Below the pieces are notes generated by a model that saw only the letters and a list, made by a program, of their open reading frames with translations, had not been told where the DNA came from and ran no database searches. Positions 46,714 to 56,567 of a stretch of 64,000 nt of DNA are shown here, in pieces. The stretch spans positions 1,927 through 65,926 of the forward strand of contig DAOSXE010000015.1 of NCBI GenBank assembly GCA_035380285.1. The letters are read 5' to 3'. A program made the translations under genes and the position numbers. The stretch's first letter is position 1, and the number at the start of each line of letters is the position of its first letter. Source of the DNA: a bacterium (GTDB lineage: Bacteria; Auribacterota; Erginobacteria; Erginobacterales; DAOSXE01).

Positions 46714-47290
46714 CGAGGTAGCGGCTCAGGCGCAGGCGGAGGTGCTCCAGGGCGTAATGCAGCCGCGACCTCACCGTCCCCGGCGGGACTCCGGTAACTT
46801 CGGCGATTTCACGGTAGGTCAGCCCGTTGATGCGGTTCAAAACAACCACCTCGCGGTGCGCCGCGCTCAATTCCCGCAATTCCCGGTCCAGCATTTCCCG
46901 GAACTCGGCGGCGGCGGCCTCGTCGCCGGGGCCGGGCCCCGGATATTCCAGCAGGTCCCCGTGGGTCGTTCCTTCCTCCTCTTCGGACGTCAAAGGCGCG
47001 TCCAGGGACCAGGTCCGTTTGCGTTTCATGCTCCTCAATTCGTCGCGGCAACGGTTGGCGGCGATGGCATAGAGCCAGGTCTTGAATTTTTTCCCCGCCC
47101 GGAACTTCGGCGCTCCGCGAAACACCCGTATGAACGTATCCTGATAAGCCTCCTGGGCCCGGTGGTAGTCCCGGATCATTCCCACCATGAACGCCATCAG
47201 GGGATCCCGGTAGCGTCCCATCAGCTCTTCCAATGCGCCCGTGTCTCCGCCGGCGCAGCGTTCGATCAGTTTCTCGTCGGTTTCAATCAT
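46688..47290 (-). CDS. ECF-family RNA polymerase sigma factor
   Basis: Sigma-70 region 2 (DTFIRVF ... WLYAIAANRCRDE) and region 4 (LTYREIAEVTGVPPGTVRSRL). Confidence 0.9.
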   Translation of the reverse strand: MIETDEKLIERCAGGDTGALEELMGRYRDPLMAFMVGMIRDYHRAQEAYQDTFIRVFRGAPKFRAGKKFKTWLYAIAANRCRDELRSMKRKRTWSLDAPLTSEEEEGTTHGDLLEYPGPGPGDEAAAAEFREMLDRELRELSAAHREVVVLNRINGLTYREIAEVTGVPPGTVRSRLHYALEHLRLRLSRYLDEGNEETT

Positions 47291-47436
47291 CTCTTACTAC
47301 GCCCGAAGACGGCAACCGGTTCATCCCTGAAGAGAAGCGGGCGGGTTTTTCTTCCCTTCGCGAAGAAAATCAGTATCTTATGGCTTCAATCGGCTTTTGT
47401 TAATCTAATTATACCCGAACCGGAAAGGACTTCGTC

Positions 47437-48066
47437 ATGACCAGTTCCTACCGACTGATCCTGGCCTCCGTCTCCCCCCGCCGCAATCAGCTTCTGCGGA
47501 GCGCGGGACTCCGCTTCGAGACCCGCCCGGCCCGGACCGACGAAGCGACCTTTCCCGGCCGGCCGGCCCGGACGGTGGAATACAACTCCCGTATCAAGGC
47601 CGAGGCCGTCGCGGAAACCGATCCCGGGGCGATCGTCATCGGCTCCGACACCGTGGTCTTCCGCCGGGAGATTCTGGGGAAACCCGCCGACCTCCGGGAA
47701 GCCCGGCGGATGCTGGCCGAACTGGGGGGCAAAAGCCACAGCGTCTTCACCGGGGTGACCGTGATCTTCCCCCGTCCCCGGGAAACGGTCACGGGTTGCA
47801 GCGAAAGCCGGGTCCGGTTCAAGCCCCTCGACGACGAGACCATCGACCGTTACTTCGCCCTGGTCGATCCGCTGGACAAGGCCGGGGCCTACGCCGTTCA
47901 GGAGCACGGCGAACTCCTCATCGACCGGGTCGAGGGCTCCTACTCGACCGTGATCGGGCTCCCCCTGGAGTCCCTGGTCTCGATTCTCGAACGACACCCC
48001 GGATCGGGCCTTCCCGCCGACGGACTGAAACGGCTGGTCGCCGAACTGGGCAACCCCTTCGGCTGA
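47437..48066 (+). CDS. maf: Maf-family nucleoside triphosphate pyrophosphatase
   Basis: LILASVSPRR ... GSDTVV ... AYAVQE motifs. Confidence 0.85.
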   Translation: MTSSYRLILASVSPRRNQLLRSAGLRFETRPARTDEATFPGRPARTVEYNSRIKAEAVAETDPGAIVIGSDTVVFRREILGKPADLREARRMLAELGGKSHSVFTGVTVIFPRPRETVTGCSESRVRFKPLDDETIDRYFALVDPLDKAGAYAVQEHGELLIDRVEGSYSTVIGLPLESLVSILERHPGSGLPADGLKRLVAELGNPFG

Positions 48067-48133
48067 CCCGAACTCCGGGGGAAGGCGGAAAGAGGCATGA
48101 CTTGAAGCCGACGTTCGAAGGATATCGCGAACA

Positions 48134-48952
48134 ATGACGCCGCAGGCGATCGCGGGGCTGGCGGCGGCGGCGCTCGTCGCGGCGGCGGCGGGCCGCGCCG
48201 CGGAGTATCGGGACGGGACGTTCTTCGGAATGGCCCGTGACCAATCCTCGAAAACCTCGATCAAGCTTGAGGTGACGGTTCGACAGGGCAGAATCCGCGA
48301 CATCGTCTTTCTGCAAACGCCTTCGTATCGGAAAAACCAGGCCGAAGCCGAGTTGATGCGCCAGCGGATCCTGGCGTCCCAGGAGACCGGCGTCCTTGCC
48401 ACCGCCATGACCACCGCCCCTTCGCGCCTGGTCCGGGAAGCGGTCGCGGACGCGCTCTCCCGCGCGGACCCGGCGCCCGAGGCGTGGAGCGGGCCCGCGG
48501 AAACCGGCCCGAGAATCGAAATCGACACCACGCTGGGAACCATGGAAGCGGTCCTCTACCCGGCCCTGGCGCCCCTGACGTCGGAGAAGTTCCTTGCCCT
48601 CGTCCGGGAAGGATATTATGATAAATGGATAGTGCGAAAGACGATCGCCCGGACCCTGCTCCAGGTCGCTCCCGGAACCGGGAGCCGGGTGGAGGGGGGA
48701 GTTCAGGCACTGGAGCCGCCGGCCGCGGGGGCCGGTTTCGATCGGGTGGGAATGATCGGAATATCGCGCGACGAGGTCCCGGGGTTCGTGGTCAACGCCG
48801 CCAGGGCGCCGTGGTTGGACGGGCAGTACGTGATCGTGGGAAGAATAACCCGAGGGTTCAAGATCATCGCCGAGATCGCCTTGAACGGGGGGACCCTCGG
48901 GGAAAACACGGAGATAACGAGCATCCGCCCGGCCGGGGCCGCGCGGGATTGA
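48134..48952 (+). CDS. cyclophilin-like peptidyl-prolyl isomerase domain protein with N-terminal extension
   Basis: C-terminal FVVNAARAPWLDGQYVIVGRITRGFKII resembles the cyclophilin FFI...WLDG.HVVFG segment; N-terminal part unassigned. Confidence 0.5.
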   Translation: MTPQAIAGLAAAALVAAAAGRAAEYRDGTFFGMARDQSSKTSIKLEVTVRQGRIRDIVFLQTPSYRKNQAEAELMRQRILASQETGVLATAMTTAPSRLVREAVADALSRADPAPEAWSGPAETGPRIEIDTTLGTMEAVLYPALAPLTSEKFLALVREGYYDKWIVRKTIARTLLQVAPGTGSRVEGGVQALEPPAAGAGFDRVGMIGISRDEVPGFVVNAARAPWLDGQYVIVGRITRGFKIIAEIALNGGTLGENTEITSIRPAGAARD

Positions 48953-48953
48953 G

Positions 48954-50414
48954 ATGAAAGCACGGGCCATCATCGCAGGGATTCTGGCGGGAACGCTCGG
49001 GGGCGCCGCGGCGGTTCCGGGGTTCACCGTGAAAACCGGCGAAAACGGCGGATTCGCCCATTGGGGCGACGGCGGCGGCACCATATTCTACGAAGTGGCG
49101 GACCCAACCGAGGCGATCGGAGACCGGGAACTGAACCGTATCGAAACCGCCTTCCAGACCTGGGCCGCGCCTGCTCACGGAACCGTCCGTTTCGTCTTCA
49201 CCGGCCGCACCCGCAGGCCGCGGGCCGAAAAAGACGACCGCAACCTCCTGGTCTGGCGGAAAGATTGGCCCTACGGGGCCGACAACCTGGCGATGACCAC
49301 CACCTGGATGAACCCGGAAACCGCCGCCATCGACGAAGTGGACATCGAGTTCAACGCCCGCGACTACGACTGGACGGACGGCGGACCGGTCGATCTTCTC
49401 ACCGTCGCCCTCCACGAAATCGGCCACCTGCTCGGCCTCGGACATTCCTTCTACGCCGAAGCGGCGATGCACGACTCCCTGCCGCCGGAACATCCGATCA
49501 AGCGGACGCTGAGCCGCGACGACCTCGACGCCGTGGCGTTTCTCTACCCGGTGCGGAACTGTCATTTCTCGGTCTATCCCCTCGCCCCCGCCCGCCGGAG
49601 CCGGGCCGAGGTCTCCCGGCTCCCCGGGCCCGGCTCACCGTCCTTTCAGCGTTCGATCGCCCTGGCCGCCGTCGACGCCGACCGCGACGGCGTCGTCGAC
49701 CAGGTCGCGGCGGCTTGGAACGGCGCCAATGGGCGCCCCCGGTTCGAAGTCCGGGATTTCCGGCCCGACGGCCCCGGCCGTTATCCCCTGGTCCTGGGGC
49801 CCGTCGCTCCTCCCGAACTGAAGGGAGTGCGGGCCTTGGCCGGGGTCGACCTCGACGGCGACGGTTTTGTCGCCGAACTGGCCGCCGTCACCGGCGACGG
49901 GGAACGGGAGACGGTGCGGTTCTTCGATCTTCTCGATCCGGCCGGGGGCCCGGCGGCCGAACTCGATCTGGGACGTTCCCCCGCCTGCAACGTGGTGGGG
50001 ATCGCCGCTCTCAACGTCCCCGGGGAAGCGGCGCTGGCGATCCTGCGGGCCGAGCGCGACGGTTTCCTGCTGGAAATCGTCCCCCTTCCGGACCCCGGCG
50101 AAAAACGGCGCGCGGAACCGACCGCCAGCCTGCGCCTTCCCGGCTTCGGGAACGGTTCGCGTCTGCTGGGGATAGCTTCATCCCCCGACGCCGACGTCCG
50201 GGAACTGCTCTTTCTGGAGTACTCGCCGGAAGACGGCGCCTGGATACACGGTTTCGACCTGGAAAGGGATCTTTCGGGAGCCGTGACGGACCTTTCCTAT
50301 AATTCGTCGTTCCCCGCCGGGGAAGAATCCGGCGCCCTGCTCTACCGGATGGCGGTGATGGATCCCGACCGCGACGGCTGGGCCGACGAGCTGGTCATCC
50401 TCGGCGTTCACTGA
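48954..50414 (+). CDS. matrixin-like zinc metalloprotease with C-terminal FG-GAP/VCBS-like repeats
   Basis: HEIGHLLGLGHS (HExxHxxGxxH) zinc-binding motif; signal peptide; repeated D.DGDG units. Confidence 0.7.
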   Translation: MKARAIIAGILAGTLGGAAAVPGFTVKTGENGGFAHWGDGGGTIFYEVADPTEAIGDRELNRIETAFQTWAAPAHGTVRFVFTGRTRRPRAEKDDRNLLVWRKDWPYGADNLAMTTTWMNPETAAIDEVDIEFNARDYDWTDGGPVDLLTVALHEIGHLLGLGHSFYAEAAMHDSLPPEHPIKRTLSRDDLDAVAFLYPVRNCHFSVYPLAPARRSRAEVSRLPGPGSPSFQRSIALAAVDADRDGVVDQVAAAWNGANGRPRFEVRDFRPDGPGRYPLVLGPVAPPELKGVRALAGVDLDGDGFVAELAAVTGDGERETVRFFDLLDPAGGPAAELDLGRSPACNVVGIAALNVPGEAALAILRAERDGFLLEIVPLPDPGEKRRAEPTASLRLPGFGNGSRLLGIASSPDADVRELLFLEYSPEDGAWIHGFDLERDLSGAVTDLSYNSSFPAGEESGALLYRMAVMDPDRDGWADELVILGVH

Positions 50415-51241
50415 TCTTCCCGGGCGGGAGCGCCTAGCTCCAGATACGAACAGGCTTCGGGCAGAAACCGCTCGATCTCCCGGATCCGGTCGGCGGTGGC
50501 GGGGTGGGTGGCCAAAAACTCCGGAGGTTCGGTCCCGGGGGCACGCATCATCCTCTTCCAGAAAGGGACCGCCTCCCGGGGATCGTATCCGGCCCGGGCG
50601 GTCAGGATGAGGCCGATCCGGTCGGCCTCGTACTCCTGGGTGCGGCTGTAGGGCAGAAGAATGCCGATCCTGCTTCCGAGGCCGTACGCGGCCAGGGCCA
50701 GCGCCCGGGTGGTCTCCGGCTCGTCCTCCAGAGCCGCGGCGAGGGCGACGGCCCCCATTTCCGCCAGGAGCAGCTGGCTGAGGCGCTCGTTGCCGTGGCC
50801 GGCGATGGCGTGCGCGATCTCGTGACCGATAACCACCGCCAGGCCGTCGACGTTTTCGGTGTAGGGCAGTATCCCGGTATAGACGGCGATCTTGCCCCCC
50901 GGAAGACACCAGGCGTTGGCGGTCTCGTCGTCCTCGATGAGGGTGAACCTCCATTGATATCCGGCGATCCGTTCCCCGTAGCCGAGTTCGCGCAGGAAAT
51001 CCTCGGCGGCGGCGGCCAGGCGCTTGCCCACCCTTCTCACCTGCCCCGAAGCCCGGGGGTCCGTGGAGATCTCCGACTGGGAGAGAATCTCCCGGTAGGA
51101 CGCGATCCCCAGCCGTTGCACCTCGTCGTCGGAGAAAAGGCTGAGCTGGCTGCGGCCGGTGTGGGGGACGGTGGCGCAGCCGATAAGCGCGGCGGCCATG
51201 GATGCCGCCGCCGGAAAAAGCGACCGGGCGAGACGGTTCAC
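50408..51241 (-). CDS. M48-family zinc metallopeptidase (lipoprotein)
   Basis: HEIAHAIAGH and downstream EYEADRIG; lipoprotein-type signal (AALIGCAT). Confidence 0.8.
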   Translation of the reverse strand: MNRLARSLFPAAASMAAALIGCATVPHTGRSQLSLFSDDEVQRLGIASYREILSQSEISTDPRASGQVRRVGKRLAAAAEDFLRELGYGERIAGYQWRFTLIEDDETANAWCLPGGKIAVYTGILPYTENVDGLAVVIGHEIAHAIAGHGNERLSQLLLAEMGAVALAAALEDEPETTRALALAAYGLGSRIGILLPYSRTQEYEADRIGLILTARAGYDPREAVPFWKRMMRAPGTEPPEFLATHPATADRIREIERFLPEACSYLELGAPAREDQ

Positions 51242-53019
51242 GGGAAAACCGCTCCTTCCCCGGCGGGGCGGACCCGGAAAACGCGCGCCCCCACCCCTTC
51301 GCCCGGGTCGAAACGTTCGGCGATCGGATAGAAGCTCGTCAACGAGGCCGGTTCGTAATTAAGCCGGTACAGCAGGGTTTTTTTCAGATCGCTCAGTTTC
51401 CGGATGTGAGCGGGCTGGGGGCCGATGACGGTATTGCCCCGAATGGCGAAGCGGTCGTGGAGAGGGTCGACCGCCGTCACCGCGAAACAACGGGTGTTGA
51501 TTTCGAGAAGATCGACTCCGCGCTCCCGCAACCGCCTCCAGGCCGAATCCTCGTCCAACCAATATACCCGGTTGACGTCCACGTCGATCCGTTCGGGGGT
51601 GGTCAAGGGCCGCAGGGAAGTCACGGCCCGGATGAAGAAACCCTGATTCCACGGGGCGAAAATCACCTCTCCCGGGCGGGTGAGGGGCGCCAGGCTCCGA
51701 TAGAGTTCATATTCCACCTGGGAGCTGCTGGTTCCGGCCGTGCTCCAGCACCAGAACGCGGACAACGCCGCCGGGACCAGAAACCACGCGTACCGCCAGG
51801 CGCGGCGGGGCAGGAAGAAAAACCAGACCCAGACCGGCGCGGCGGCCGCCTGGATGCGGGTGGCCCACAGCGACGCCAGGGAAGGCCCGCCCGCGAAGAA
51901 AACGGCTGCGAAGGGCATCTCCAGCCCCAGGAAGGAGGCCGCGGACGGTGCCAGCAGGTTGAGGGCGACGAAACCCAGACCGGCGGCGGCCGCGGCCAGA
52001 CCGGGACCGAGACCGATGCCGGCCAGGGCGACGCCGGCCAGGGCGGCCAGGGCCGGATCGAGAAGACGCGCACCCCGGTTGACCGCGAAGGCGACGGCGG
52101 CGGCGGTGAGCGCCACCACCGCGGGGAAAAACTCCCGGCGGGCGGCGGAGCGGTACAGGCCCCAGGGAACCAGGAAAAGAAAGAGCCCGTAGCGGTTCCA
52201 CAGCCCGTTGGGCGGGAAAGGCTGAAGGTCACCCACCCCGATCCTCACCTGGGCGGCGAGGTCGATGCCGCGGACCCGGGCGGCCAGGGGGGCCAGCCAT
52301 TCCAGAAGGCGGGCCTGAAAGAGCAGCCCGAGCCCGGCCAGGAGCAGGACCAGGCCGGCGAAATACAGAAACGGACCGAAGCGGCGGCGAGAAGACCGTC
52401 CCAGGGCGCGCGCGGGAACGTACAAAAGCGCCGCCAGAAGCCCCCCGGCCGCCAACGGCCCCACCATGAGGCCGGCCCCGAGCGCAAGCACCGCGGTCGC
52501 CCCCCAGAAGAGCCGGCTCCCGCCCCGTTCCCAGGCGGCGACGGCCCCCAAAAACACGAGGGTCAGTGGCAGCCCGGCCAGGTCGTGGGAGAAGTTGGCC
52601 AGGCAGAGGGTGAGCGGAGCGGGAAGAAAGGCGAAAACCAGGCCCGCCCACCACCCCGACTCCCTCCCGGCGCAGCGGCCGACCCACACCGCCACCAGCA
52701 GCGCCGTCAGGGAAGACAGGAGCACGCCGGTCAGAACCACGGCGGCATAGAGGGGGGCTCCTCCGAAAAACAGCCCGGGAAACCGCAGCAGCCAGAACGT
52801 CGGATCGAACGGAGAGAGACGCTCGCTTCCCCCGGCCACGCCGTAATAGTACCAAATCTCGATCAGATGAGACGCCTGCCAGCCGTTGCGCAGAAAGAAA
52901 GCCGCGTTGAGAACGGCGCGGACGGCGAAAGCGGCCGCGAAGACGGTCCACCAAGGGAACCGCCTATCGTCATCCGGCCGTTCGAGCCCGGGAAACGCTG
53001 TCGGATTCGTCTTCTTCAT
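51238..53019 (-). CDS. polytopic membrane protein, possible GT-C-type glycosyltransferase
   Basis: 593 aa with ~12 hydrophobic helices and C-terminal soluble domain; family assignment tentative. Confidence 0.45.
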   Translation of the reverse strand: MKKTNPTAFPGLERPDDDRRFPWWTVFAAAFAVRAVLNAAFFLRNGWQASHLIEIWYYYGVAGGSERLSPFDPTFWLLRFPGLFFGGAPLYAAVVLTGVLLSSLTALLVAVWVGRCAGRESGWWAGLVFAFLPAPLTLCLANFSHDLAGLPLTLVFLGAVAAWERGGSRLFWGATAVLALGAGLMVGPLAAGGLLAALLYVPARALGRSSRRRFGPFLYFAGLVLLLAGLGLLFQARLLEWLAPLAARVRGIDLAAQVRIGVGDLQPFPPNGLWNRYGLFLFLVPWGLYRSAARREFFPAVVALTAAAVAFAVNRGARLLDPALAALAGVALAGIGLGPGLAAAAAGLGFVALNLLAPSAASFLGLEMPFAAVFFAGGPSLASLWATRIQAAAAPVWVWFFFLPRRAWRYAWFLVPAALSAFWCWSTAGTSSSQVEYELYRSLAPLTRPGEVIFAPWNQGFFIRAVTSLRPLTTPERIDVDVNRVYWLDEDSAWRRLRERGVDLLEINTRCFAVTAVDPLHDRFAIRGNTVIGPQPAHIRKLSDLKKTLLYRLNYEPASLTSFYPIAERFDPGEGVGARVFRVRPAGEGAVFP

Positions 53020-53109
53020 GGTCCGGACGGCGCCGGCATCCGGGCGCCGGGGCGCTCCCGGCGCCCGGATGCCAGTATACCAGAGAATGACCCGCGCGCG
53101 GGCACGGGC

Positions 53110-53847
53110 TCATCGGGGAAAATCGTAGAAAAACCGGTCCGCCAACCGGTCCGCTCCCCCCCTCAACGCCGCCCCGACCAGCCAGGGGCGGCGAAGCAGG
53201 TACCAATCGCCGAAATAATCGAACTTGCGGCAGGAGGTGGTGATAAAGGCCCGGTACAGGGTCCGGAATCTTCGGCCGGTGCGACGGCCGTGGGCGCGCA
53301 GCCGACGGGCAAAGTCGATATCCTCGCCTACGCGGCGACCGGGATCGAAACCGCCCACGGCTTCGAAATCGCGGCGGCGGCACCAGAACAGACCCGCCGA
53401 AAGCCCGATCGGGACCGAACAGTAGATGAGAAGCCCGGTCAGCGCGATTCCCAGGGAAAGCCGTTCGGGCCGGATCATGACGCCGCCCCCGACGCACCGG
53501 GGGTTTCGCAACTTCCGTTCGATCTCGGAGAGCATGTTGTCGGACATGACGCTGTCGGCATCGACGGTCACCAGGATCTTCCCGCGGGCGAGACGGGCCC
53601 CGGCGTTGCGGACCAGGGAAAGGTTCCGGGCGTTTTCGACCGCCACCTGCGCTCCTCGGGCCCGGGCGATCTCCCCGGTCCCGTCGGTGCACCGGTTGCA
53701 GACCACGATGGTTTCCACCGCGCCCGGGCAGGCGCGCGAGGCGCGGGCGGTGGCATCGAGGCAGGCGCCGATCCGCTCGCTCTCGTCCCGGGCGGGAACC
53801 ACAACGGAAAAAAGAGGCGCGAAGGTTTGTGCGGGAACGGCCGTCAA
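53110..53847 (-). CDS. family 2 glycosyltransferase
   Basis: FSVVVPARDE, VDADSV motifs of GT-A fold. Confidence 0.8.
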   Translation of the reverse strand: MTAVPAQTFAPLFSVVVPARDESERIGACLDATARASRACPGAVETIVVCNRCTDGTGEIARARGAQVAVENARNLSLVRNAGARLARGKILVTVDADSVMSDNMLSEIERKLRNPRCVGGGVMIRPERLSLGIALTGLLIYCSVPIGLSAGLFWCRRRDFEAVGGFDPGRRVGEDIDFARRLRAHGRRTGRRFRTLYRAFITTSCRKFDYFGDWYLLRRPWLVGAALRGGADRLADRFFYDFPR

Positions 53848-54842
53848 TTATCCCGAGGCTCGCCGCCGGGCCTGAAGAGGTCGAGGAAACGGTCCTCGTA
53901 TTCCTCGTAGATTCCCCAGTGATCGAGTTCGGCCTTGAGGTGAGCCGCCAGGGCCAGATCCCGTTCCACCTGCTTGAACAGCTCCTCGATCCGGGCGATT
54001 ACTTCCCCCGGCACCGGCTCGTCCTCGTCCCATTCCTCGTCGTCGGAATAGGCCAAACCTTCCTCCCCCTCATCCATTTCCTCGAAATCCTCGTCGTCCA
54101 TGGGCATCAACGAGGCCATGGTCTCCTGGGCTTTCTTCCCCATTTCCGCCACTTCCTGATCGAAACGGACGATCGCTTCTTCGAACCCCCCGGCTCCGAA
54201 GGGCAGGTTGAGAAACTTGGTCAGAACCTGAAGCAGCGTCCTGGACGTGCGGGGGTTTTCGAAATTGATCGTATAATAGGGGACTTCCCCCAGAAGACAC
54301 ATGCCGGGCAGGTTTTCCCGGGCGGCGGCGCCCAGGAGGAGGCCGTTCAGCCCGCTGATCTGCCCGGTCTTGAGCAGGCGCATTCCCGCCTGGCGCAGGT
54401 GGTCGCGGAGTTCGGGGCTGTTGGCCACCCCCCAGAAACCGGGGGTCTCCCGATGCTGGATGGGGCTGGGAGCGGCGGCGAAGGTTATGATCCGGTACAC
54501 CCCCATCCGCCGGGCCAGGCCGATCGCTTCGGCGGCCATCCGGGCCTGATGGGAAACGTCGGGCTGGGCGTCCCCGGAGAGGAGGATGAGGTCACCCCCG
54601 GAATAAACGTTCTTCCAAAAATAAAAATTGGTTTCCGGAAGGTTGGGGACACGGGCCAGACCGGCATCGACCTCGATGCTGTTGGGGGCGAAATAGTCCT
54701 CGGCGTGAACGTAGGCAAAACGCTCAGCTCCCAGAACCTCGATCAGATACGAGACGATCTGGGAGGCCACGTACCCCATCCCCGGCCATGCGGCCAGGAG
54801 TTGGGGGTGCTTGAGACGAGGATTTTTCAGATAAGTGATCAT
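53844..54842 (-). CDS. PAC2-family protein
   Basis: MITYLKNPRLKHPQLLAAWPGMGYVA N-terminus and acidic C-terminal tail; start at internal ATG of ORF 53844..54917. Confidence 0.6.
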   Translation of the reverse strand: MITYLKNPRLKHPQLLAAWPGMGYVASQIVSYLIEVLGAERFAYVHAEDYFAPNSIEVDAGLARVPNLPETNFYFWKNVYSGGDLILLSGDAQPDVSHQARMAAEAIGLARRMGVYRIITFAAAPSPIQHRETPGFWGVANSPELRDHLRQAGMRLLKTGQISGLNGLLLGAAARENLPGMCLLGEVPYYTINFENPRTSRTLLQVLTKFLNLPFGAGGFEEAIVRFDQEVAEMGKKAQETMASLMPMDDEDFEEMDEGEEGLAYSDDEEWDEDEPVPGEVIARIEELFKQVERDLALAAHLKAELDHWGIYEEYEDRFLDLFRPGGEPRDN

Positions 54843-54856
54843 CGACGTTCGCCGTT

Positions 54857-55069
54857 TCAGAAGAACCAGAGCAGGAAGGCAAGGACCGCCGACCCGACCA
54901 GAAGCGCTCCCAGCCAATGTCTCCAGCCGTACAGCAGACCGGTGAGCGGGCCGACCGGCTCTTCCAGCAGCTCCCCGCAGTAGATGCAGTTCAGGTTTTC
55001 GTCCGGGGTGGGCTGGCCGCAGTGAGGACAGCGCACCAGCCCCGGTCCGGGGTCATTTCCCCTTCTCAA
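54857..55069 (-). CDS. small zinc-ribbon membrane protein
   Basis: CPHCG ... CIYCG double Cys pair followed by one hydrophobic helix; 70 aa. Confidence 0.4.
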   Translation of the reverse strand: MRRGNDPGPGLVRCPHCGQPTPDENLNCIYCGELLEEPVGPLTGLLYGWRHWLGALLVGSAVLAFLLWFF

Positions 55070-56414
55070 GCTTCTCGGCCTGGCGTTCGTAATCCCTGGC
55101 CGCGGCCTCGTGTCCCCGGGCGCGGCTGATCCGGGCCACCAGTTTCAGGGCCTCGATCTTATCCCGGAGAAACGAACCCTCGGCGGTCTTGGTCGCGGCC
55201 CGGGCCAGCTGGACCGCGCTTTCGGACATGCCCCGCTTGAACTGGGCCTCGGCCATATTGACCAGGACCAGGGTGTTGCCGGGGAAAGTCACCAGCAGCT
55301 GCTCCAGGACTTCCTTGGCCGCGGCCAGGTCTTTTTTCTTCTCCAGTTCGAGGGCGAGCCCGGTCAGGCAACCGAAGACGTCCAGGTTCTTCCCCAGAGC
55401 TTCGCGGATACGTCCGTGAACCCCGAGCTTGAATTCGTCTCCCAGGCCCCGGTAGGCGGCTTCCAGGATGCTGTGGGCGTGAAGAACCTCCATGGGGTAG
55501 TAGAACGGGGTTTCCGAGAGACCGTCTTCGGTCAGTTCCGCGGCTTTCTTGAATTCGCCCTTTTTCAGGCGATATTCCCCCATGGCCAGCTTGGAACGGG
55601 AATCCCAGGGCTCGCGCTTCTGCTTCTGGATGGCGCGGATCCGGTCCAGCCAATCCTTGGCCTCGTCCAGCTTCTCCTCCAAAAGGCAGAGTTCGGCCAG
55701 CTGGATCATGGCTTGATAGGATTCGGGCTCCGTTTTCAGGATCCTGTTGAAGGTGCGGCGGGCGGAGGCGTAATCGCCGAGGTCGAGGTAGGCCAACCCG
55801 ATCCACTTGACCGCGTCCATGTCGTCTTTCCTGATCTTCACCGCCTGCGTCAGGAATTCGATCGCGTCCTTTTTTCTGCCCACTTTCATGTAAAGACGCC
55901 CCAGGTCCTTGATCCGCCGGTGGGTGGCGCCGAAAACCCGGATCGCTTCCTTGAGGTTCTGAATCCCCTGCTGATGTTCGTCCATGACGAAATAGAGCTC
56001 GTAGAGGGCCGCGTACGAGCGCTCCTTCAGGGGACTGGTCCGGGGTATGTCCTTGAAGACGGCGACGGCCTCGGGAAGCTTTCCCCTCCGTTTATATATC
56101 CGGGCCAGGCGCACGTGCGCCGACCAGCTCTCCCCTTCCTTGACCAACTGCTTGTAGAGATCCACGGCGGAAGCCGATTTCCCCATCTCCTCATACACGC
56201 CGGCCAGCTGTTCCCGGATGAGCCGGTCCCGGGGAAAGACCGAGAGCGCCAGCTTCAGCACCGCCACCGCCTGCTCGTGCTCGCCCCGGCGGGCGAGCAG
56301 CGTGGCCAGGTGTTTATACGGCCCGTCCAGGCTGGGCCGATCGACGATTCGGTCCCGGACCTCGCGTTCCTTGGCCCCCTTCAATTTCAATTCCAGATCC
56401 TTGATCGTTTTCAT
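55053..56414 (-). CDS. tetratricopeptide-repeat protein
   Basis: Multiple 34-residue TPR-like units (A..Y...G.Y..A pattern) throughout. Confidence 0.8.
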   Translation of the reverse strand: MKTIKDLELKLKGAKEREVRDRIVDRPSLDGPYKHLATLLARRGEHEQAVAVLKLALSVFPRDRLIREQLAGVYEEMGKSASAVDLYKQLVKEGESWSAHVRLARIYKRRGKLPEAVAVFKDIPRTSPLKERSYAALYELYFVMDEHQQGIQNLKEAIRVFGATHRRIKDLGRLYMKVGRKKDAIEFLTQAVKIRKDDMDAVKWIGLAYLDLGDYASARRTFNRILKTEPESYQAMIQLAELCLLEEKLDEAKDWLDRIRAIQKQKREPWDSRSKLAMGEYRLKKGEFKKAAELTEDGLSETPFYYPMEVLHAHSILEAAYRGLGDEFKLGVHGRIREALGKNLDVFGCLTGLALELEKKKDLAAAKEVLEQLLVTFPGNTLVLVNMAEAQFKRGMSESAVQLARAATKTAEGSFLRDKIEALKLVARISRARGHEAAARDYERQAEKLEKGK

Positions 56415-56520
56415 CCTGACCCCCTTGGACGGTTGCAACTTTGATTTTCAGGATAGCGCAGCCCGAAGAAGCCAGGGAAGCAAAAAGCCTCGGCCCGGCG
56501 TTCGCGGCGTCGGCGACCGG

Positions 56521-56558
56521 GGCGCGGGAGGCGGGGCCGGGGCCCCGCCTCCCGCGCC
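56521..56558 (-). terminator. perfect 18-bp GC-rich inverted repeat after the kinase-fusion gene (no U-tract)
   Basis: ggcgcgggaggcggggcc / ggccccgcctcccgcgcc read directly, just past the stop codon of 56568..57932. Confidence 0.3.
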
Positions 56559-56567
56559 GGGGAGAGG

